Virus record (IMG/VR): IMGVR_UViG_2882504083_000001
Location: 1-64,000 of that record
Direction: 5' to 3' (one strand)
From: a virus
Taxonomy: Duplodnaviria; Caudoviricetes
DNA: 64,000 bases
Every line of letters begins with the position of its first letter. Within the stretch, counting starts at the first letter, position 1. The notes under the pieces were generated by a model. That model saw nothing but the letters and a program-made list of their open reading frames with translations, ran no database searches and had not been told where the DNA came from. Positions 59,707 through 64,000 of this stretch are shown here, piece by piece. The translations under genes and the position numbers were made by a program.

Positions 59707-60456
59707 ATGAAAATAATTCCCATTTGTTCCGGGAAGGGTGGAGTCGGAAAAACCACTAACACCATATTCCTCGGTCAAACTTTGTCTTATTTAGGCTACA
59801 AGGTGTTACTTATTGACTTCGATTTTAATCGAAGCTTGAGCAAGTTCACACTTTCCCGCTTCGGAGTAAACGAGCAAGAGACAACTTTTAAAAACTCATT
59901 TAACATGCTTTTTGAGGCGGATGACTATTCAAAATACATATTCAAAACAGGCGAGAATTTTGATTTTATTCCAACCATCGAACGCCTCAAAAAGGTTGAT
60001 TTAGAATTTTATGATGACCCTAGGCTTAAATATAGATTCGAAAATCTGTTACGCAAACTCGATTACGACTTCATTTTACTTGATCTACATAACGTTGTAA
60101 ATGTTGTTCTTCTAGCTGCCATTCACAGCGCAGACCATATTATTTCTCCAATGGAATATGGGGATTGGGGACAAGAAGGAACCGATGCAATGTATAAAGT
60201 TTTTAAGGAAGTCGAATCAAGCTCATCCAAAAAAATCAAATTTACAGTCGTACCTTCAAGAGTATCTAAAAGGAGAATTGAAGACCTGATTGAAGTTTGC
60301 GAGCATAACGGTCTTTCTGTTAGTAAGTTTGCAAACTATAATGACGATATCGTTCATTCTGCTTCGAACTTAGGAGAATTTTTAAATCCCAAAAAACATT
60401 CCGCATTCGAGCGATTTTTAGTTTTGGCGCATGAGGTTTCAAATGGCACAAAATAA
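59707..60456 (+). CDS. parA: ParA family partition ATPase
   Basis: KGGVGKTT deviant Walker A, LLIDFD, FILLD. Confidence 0.95.
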   Translation: MKIIPICSGKGGVGKTTNTIFLGQTLSYLGYKVLLIDFDFNRSLSKFTLSRFGVNEQETTFKNSFNMLFEADDYSKYIFKTGENFDFIPTIERLKKVDLEFYDDPRLKYRFENLLRKLDYDFILLDLHNVVNVVLLAAIHSADHIISPMEYGDWGQEGTDAMYKVFKEVESSSSKKIKFTVVPSRVSKRRIEDLIEVCEHNGLSVSKFANYNDDIVHSASNLGEFLNPKKHSAFERFLVLAHEVSNGTK

Positions 60457-61096
60457 TATTCCCAACAGAAATGATCGGCTTAAAGAAAAGCTGAAAAACA
60501 AGAACTCAAAGCTAAAAGCTCAAGCATCGGACAATACTGAGCTGGATACGATTAGTTCAGTCACTTCTATTGACCCGCAACTAAAAGAACTTAAAGAACA
60601 CTACGAGTCCTTACTAAACGCACACCGAAGAACAATAAATGCCTCAATCGAATTCGGCGCATACCTCTCCAAAGTTAAGGACACCGTAGGACATGGCCAT
60701 TTCATAGATCATATAGAGAAGAATAAATCTTATTTGGGTTTTGATAGAAGAGCGGCTAGCAATTACTTGAGAATTTACAATGGCCAACATTTCATTAGAA
60801 AGGAATCTAAAACAATCCAAGATGCAATAAATGACATTAGAATCGCAACTGCCGGCCTGCCCGAACCCGAGTTCGAAAAGAAACTCGAAAGAGAAATCAA
60901 CCCCCTAGAGTATGATTCAACTAAAGCAAAGAAACTGTATAAACTTTTCATTAAAAACGGCAAAGTCAAAAAAGGCATAAAGAAGCCAGTAGCAGATTAT
61001 ATAAGAAAATTCATTGAAAACGAAATGGAAAAAGAAAAAAAGAAATACGAAAGTATAATCGCTGGATACCAAAATGACTTATCCATACTCAACTAA
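60431..61096 (+). CDS. ParB-position partition protein with DUF3102-like domain
   Basis: Coupled to parA; IEFGAYL..VK...GHG.F..H.E...GF.RRAASNYLRIY. Confidence 0.7.
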   Translation: MRFQMAQNNIPNRNDRLKEKLKNKNSKLKAQASDNTELDTISSVTSIDPQLKELKEHYESLLNAHRRTINASIEFGAYLSKVKDTVGHGHFIDHIEKNKSYLGFDRRAASNYLRIYNGQHFIRKESKTIQDAINDIRIATAGLPEPEFEKKLEREINPLEYDSTKAKKLYKLFIKNGKVKKGIKKPVADYIRKFIENEMEKEKKKYESIIAGYQNDLSILN

Positions 61097-61098
61097 CA

Positions 61099-61124
61099 CA
61101 AATGGGAATGCTCGTTCCCATTTG
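61099..61124. repeat. palindrome CAAATGGGAA-N6-TTCCCATTTG, candidate parS 2
   Basis: Same 10-bp arms as 59605-59630; immediately after the parB-like stop. Confidence 0.75.
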
Positions 61125-61274
61125 ATAGATATAGCAACCGCACCCTCATCCAAATAATGAAGTTTCATAGAAATCGAAAATTTTAAATTTTCTTAAAAAA
61201 AAGTCTTGTACTCGATTTTCAAATAGGTAAAGTTGTTTTGAATCTAAATCCAGATTCGTGTTCACAATATTCCA

Positions 61275-61302
61275 CCTGCAAGGAAGTGAGATACCTTGCA
61301 GG
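61275..61302. other. hairpin CCTGCAAGG-N10-CCTTGCAGG upstream of rep
   Basis: 9-bp perfect arms in the putative origin/control region. Confidence 0.5.
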
Positions 61303-61549
61303 GCGGAGCCCAAAAAACCTTTCTATTATGTCTCTTTTTTTAAATTATGTCCCATAAAATCCTTGACATTTATTTAGTACACGATTCTAGTCCAAACCAA
61401 TCTTAGGAGACATAACTAAGAGCGGCTTATCTCACATTTGCCGAATTGAACACGAATCGTGGACCTATCGCCAAGGCTCTAAACCCTTATCATAGTTCCC
61501 CGTTTCAAAATAGAGTAGGGTAATACCTTTACCGTGCCACGCCCAAACT

Positions 61550-62926
61550 ATGTCTGGCACTGTAGAACGGAAAAAAAATATGGTCGAGGACGTCAAACGA
61601 GCGACTGTGATCTCTTATGCCATCGCGTCATTAGAGTTATCTGGGAAGAAAGAAAAACTCCTAACGGTAATTACGAACTTAGATATACAAGCTCGTGCCG
61701 AAGGCCGGGCAGGATGCAACGCTAAAAATAAAACTCTTGGTAAAATGTGCGGTTTAGCGGAAACTTCAGTTTCTAAATATATCAGAGAGTTTCGAAGAGA
61801 GGGCTATCTTGAAGCTGGAACTTTCCACGGCCATAGTAGAATCTTGAATTCTAATTATCACGACGCCGTAATCAAAGAAAGGATCGAATATAAACTCTCT
61901 TCTTCTAGGACAAATGGACTAGGCGGCACCGAAAATGAGTACGGAGCAGCCCCGTACGATGGTACGGGGTCTAGTTCTTCTAACACTTGTACTAACCAAC
62001 CATCTAACAAAAAAGAGAATCTTTCACTTTTTAACGATTACTTTCAAAAACTTTCAGAGATGGCAAAGACTTTGATTTTGAAAGAGTATGGTGAATATAC
62101 GGCGACCTTGGATAAAGAGAAAGCAAAAACAAAACTCTGGTTCAAAGAAAGTCAAGATTCGGATATTGTTTTGGACGTTATTCGTAAGCTCATATACATT
62201 AAGTGTTCACCGGAGTTTAAAACAGACTTACGATTTTGGGGAACCATTTCGGTGAACATCGCATGTGCGTATAGTTACAAAGACACGATCCTAACTACTT
62301 ACCAAACGCTCATGAATAGCAGAAGTGAAAATGCAACTGTGGAAGCAGCGTCGAAAGAAAAAACCTACCAAGAATCGACATGGCGAGGACTTAGCAATTG
62401 GGCTTCGGAAAAACTCACGATTTCATCGAGAGAAATTTTGAATTCAGTCACGGCAAAAATAGAAAACAATGAAGTTCAGGTTTATGGGAATGTTCCAGAA
62501 TCAATCCGAATGATAATTACAAAATATTTTTTGGAAGAAACAAAAGAGAAAATGACAGTACGCTTTTTAGATACTCCGGGATATAGAGAAAACAATAAGC
62601 CAGCTTTGAACTCAGAAAATAAAACCCCGGAAAATAAAAGCGGTGAGACTGTTAAGAATCGAAAAGATGTCCAAGAAACGATCAACTATCGAAAGGGTAG
62701 TTATGAAGATTTCTTAGGAATCACAAAGCGACGAGTTTCGAAGGTGGATTTTCAGATATTGAAAGAAGCGAAATACACAATGGAAAGAGGAGTATTAAAA
62801 TTTCATACAGATATTCCAGAAAATCTGAAAATTCATATTCAACATTATTTCAAGGAGCTAGTTGAAATGCCCTATTATGTTTTGTTTGTTGATTCGGAAC
62901 TAAAACAAGATAAGGAAGTTGCATAA
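61550..62926 (+). CDS. rep: plasmid replication protein with N-terminal wHTH
   Basis: Follows parAB; NKTLGKMCGLAETSVSKYIREFRREGYL HTH; same arrangement as Leptospira plasmid/phage replicons. Confidence 0.7.
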   Translation: MSGTVERKKNMVEDVKRATVISYAIASLELSGKKEKLLTVITNLDIQARAEGRAGCNAKNKTLGKMCGLAETSVSKYIREFRREGYLEAGTFHGHSRILNSNYHDAVIKERIEYKLSSSRTNGLGGTENEYGAAPYDGTGSSSSNTCTNQPSNKKENLSLFNDYFQKLSEMAKTLILKEYGEYTATLDKEKAKTKLWFKESQDSDIVLDVIRKLIYIKCSPEFKTDLRFWGTISVNIACAYSYKDTILTTYQTLMNSRSENATVEAASKEKTYQESTWRGLSNWASEKLTISSREILNSVTAKIENNEVQVYGNVPESIRMIITKYFLEETKEKMTVRFLDTPGYRENNKPALNSENKTPENKSGETVKNRKDVQETINYRKGSYEDFLGITKRRVSKVDFQILKEAKYTMERGVLKFHTDIPENLKIHIQHYFKELVEMPYYVLFVDSELKQDKEVA

Positions 62927-63092
62927 AGGAAAAGACATGAAATCGTATTTTATGATATTCTAATGGTCAGCGCAAGAGATGGGACGAATAGTTGTTGATA
63001 ACATAATATCAATAACAGTATAGTTGAAGGTTTCCGTCCAATCCACAGGCTAAAGTTGACATATTCTAAAATAGGATAAAAAGGGGTTTTTT

Positions 63093-63548
63093 ATGGAAAT
63101 GGAATTTTTCGAAAGTGACGATTCTGTTCTTTTGAATGCTTTGAGTTCCATTGAGAAGTTGAAAAGTGAAAGTGATCTCGAATCTTTAAATGGTGAACAG
63201 CAAATTGTTTTACTTGTATGGAATCTTTACTATTCAGCTGTACGAGGGGAGCTAACTGGATACTTTCTTAGTTTAGATGAAATAAGTGTTCAGCAGACAT
63301 TATTCTCATTAAAAAGAATCAAGGCAGGATCGATCGCAGAAACCTTTAACGAGGCATTGTTGCTGAGTCCCGAAATTCAATGTGAATCCGACAAGGGGAT
63401 TGATTCATTATTAGGAGAAACAACAATCCAGTTTATTAGCTGCTTGGAGCTATTGGAGATGAGACTTGCGGAGTCGGATGCAAAAATATGCAATTTAATC
63501 TTAGAATTTATTTCCAATAATTCAGAATCCATTTATACTAAAAAATAA
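63093..63548 (+). CDS. DUF4375/DMP19-like acidic protein
   Basis: QQIVLLVW.L...V.GE..GYF and TL.SLKRI.A...AE.F..A. Confidence 0.6.
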   Translation: MEMEFFESDDSVLLNALSSIEKLKSESDLESLNGEQQIVLLVWNLYYSAVRGELTGYFLSLDEISVQQTLFSLKRIKAGSIAETFNEALLLSPEIQCESDKGIDSLLGETTIQFISCLELLEMRLAESDAKICNLILEFISNNSESIYTKK

Positions 63549-63614
63549 ACAATTTAGTGATTTAGATAGGTGCTTGAATCGAATCAATAATTCGGCAGGT
63601 GGCAGTTATTTTTC

Positions 63615-64000
63615 ATGTTGAAAGAAAAGAAAAATTTCGAGCAAATAGCACAAATTACTTTGCCAAATTATTTTAAAGAACTATCCGCTCGGTTAAAAAA
63701 TCCGCTTCCTATGAAGCTTTTTTCAAAAGAAGGACTCGGGGAAACTGCGATTTTCAGTTCGATTACGAATCACTTCGGATTAAAAAATTACGAAGATTTT
63801 CCTGGTTGTTATGTGTTCTCCGAAAGAGGAAATATCCAATACATCAGCGTAACAAAGAGCATTTCTACTCGGATCAGACAGCACTTAAAAGGCACGAACC
63901 ATTCCCCGCTGGCATATCAAATCGCTAAAAATAAATTGGATATGGGCTTGAGCAGAAATCTGTGTATGCAAAATGACAGATTTCTTGAAGAACACAGGAG
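63615..64000 (+). CDS. GIY-YIG nuclease-like protein, truncated by window end
   Basis: DFPGCYVF...QYISVTK...RIRQH. Confidence 0.65.
   Translation, partial: MLKEKKNFEQIAQITLPNYFKELSARLKNPLPMKLFSKEGLGETAIFSSITNHFGLKNYEDFPGCYVFSERGNIQYISVTKSISTRIRQHLKGTNHSPLAYQIAKNKLDMGLSRNLCMQNDRFLEEHR

Overview
AT-rich bacterial sequence that reads as part of a Leptospira plasmid-prophage. The host is inferred from spirochaetal lipoprotein signals, Leptospira-type IS fragments and a ParA-ParB-like-Rep replicon. Layout: (1) 1-20.5 kb is accessory: a tandem array of small Cys-rich lipoprotein genes, an XRE switch next to a FeeM/LuxI-like acyltransferase and a kinase-less 7TM sensor, umuD-umuC-SRAP, lipoprotein/OMP genes, PIN-like and DUF2971 genes (one split by an intact IS66 with 8-bp TSD), a HigBA-type TA pair, IS remnants and an AT-rich three-gene operon. 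(2) 20.5-52.8 kb is a myovirus morphogenesis region with Twort/SPO1 (Herelleviridae)-like capsid, protease, sheath and tube, two polyvalent proteins and a divergently transcribed baseplate/tail-tip block. (3) 52.8-58.5 kb holds methyltransferases and a phage replication protein. (4) 58.8-64 kb holds a repressor, parA/parB-like genes with flanking palindromes, rep, a DUF4375-like gene and a truncated GIY-YIG gene. I recognised no portal, lysis or integrase gene, CRISPR array or RNA gene. Best leads: a possible phage small-molecule signalling module, a C5-methyltransferase encoded in two overlapping frames, and an (N)CCGATT motif 25-27 nt before late-gene starts. All family assignments come from reading motifs by eye; no database search was run.
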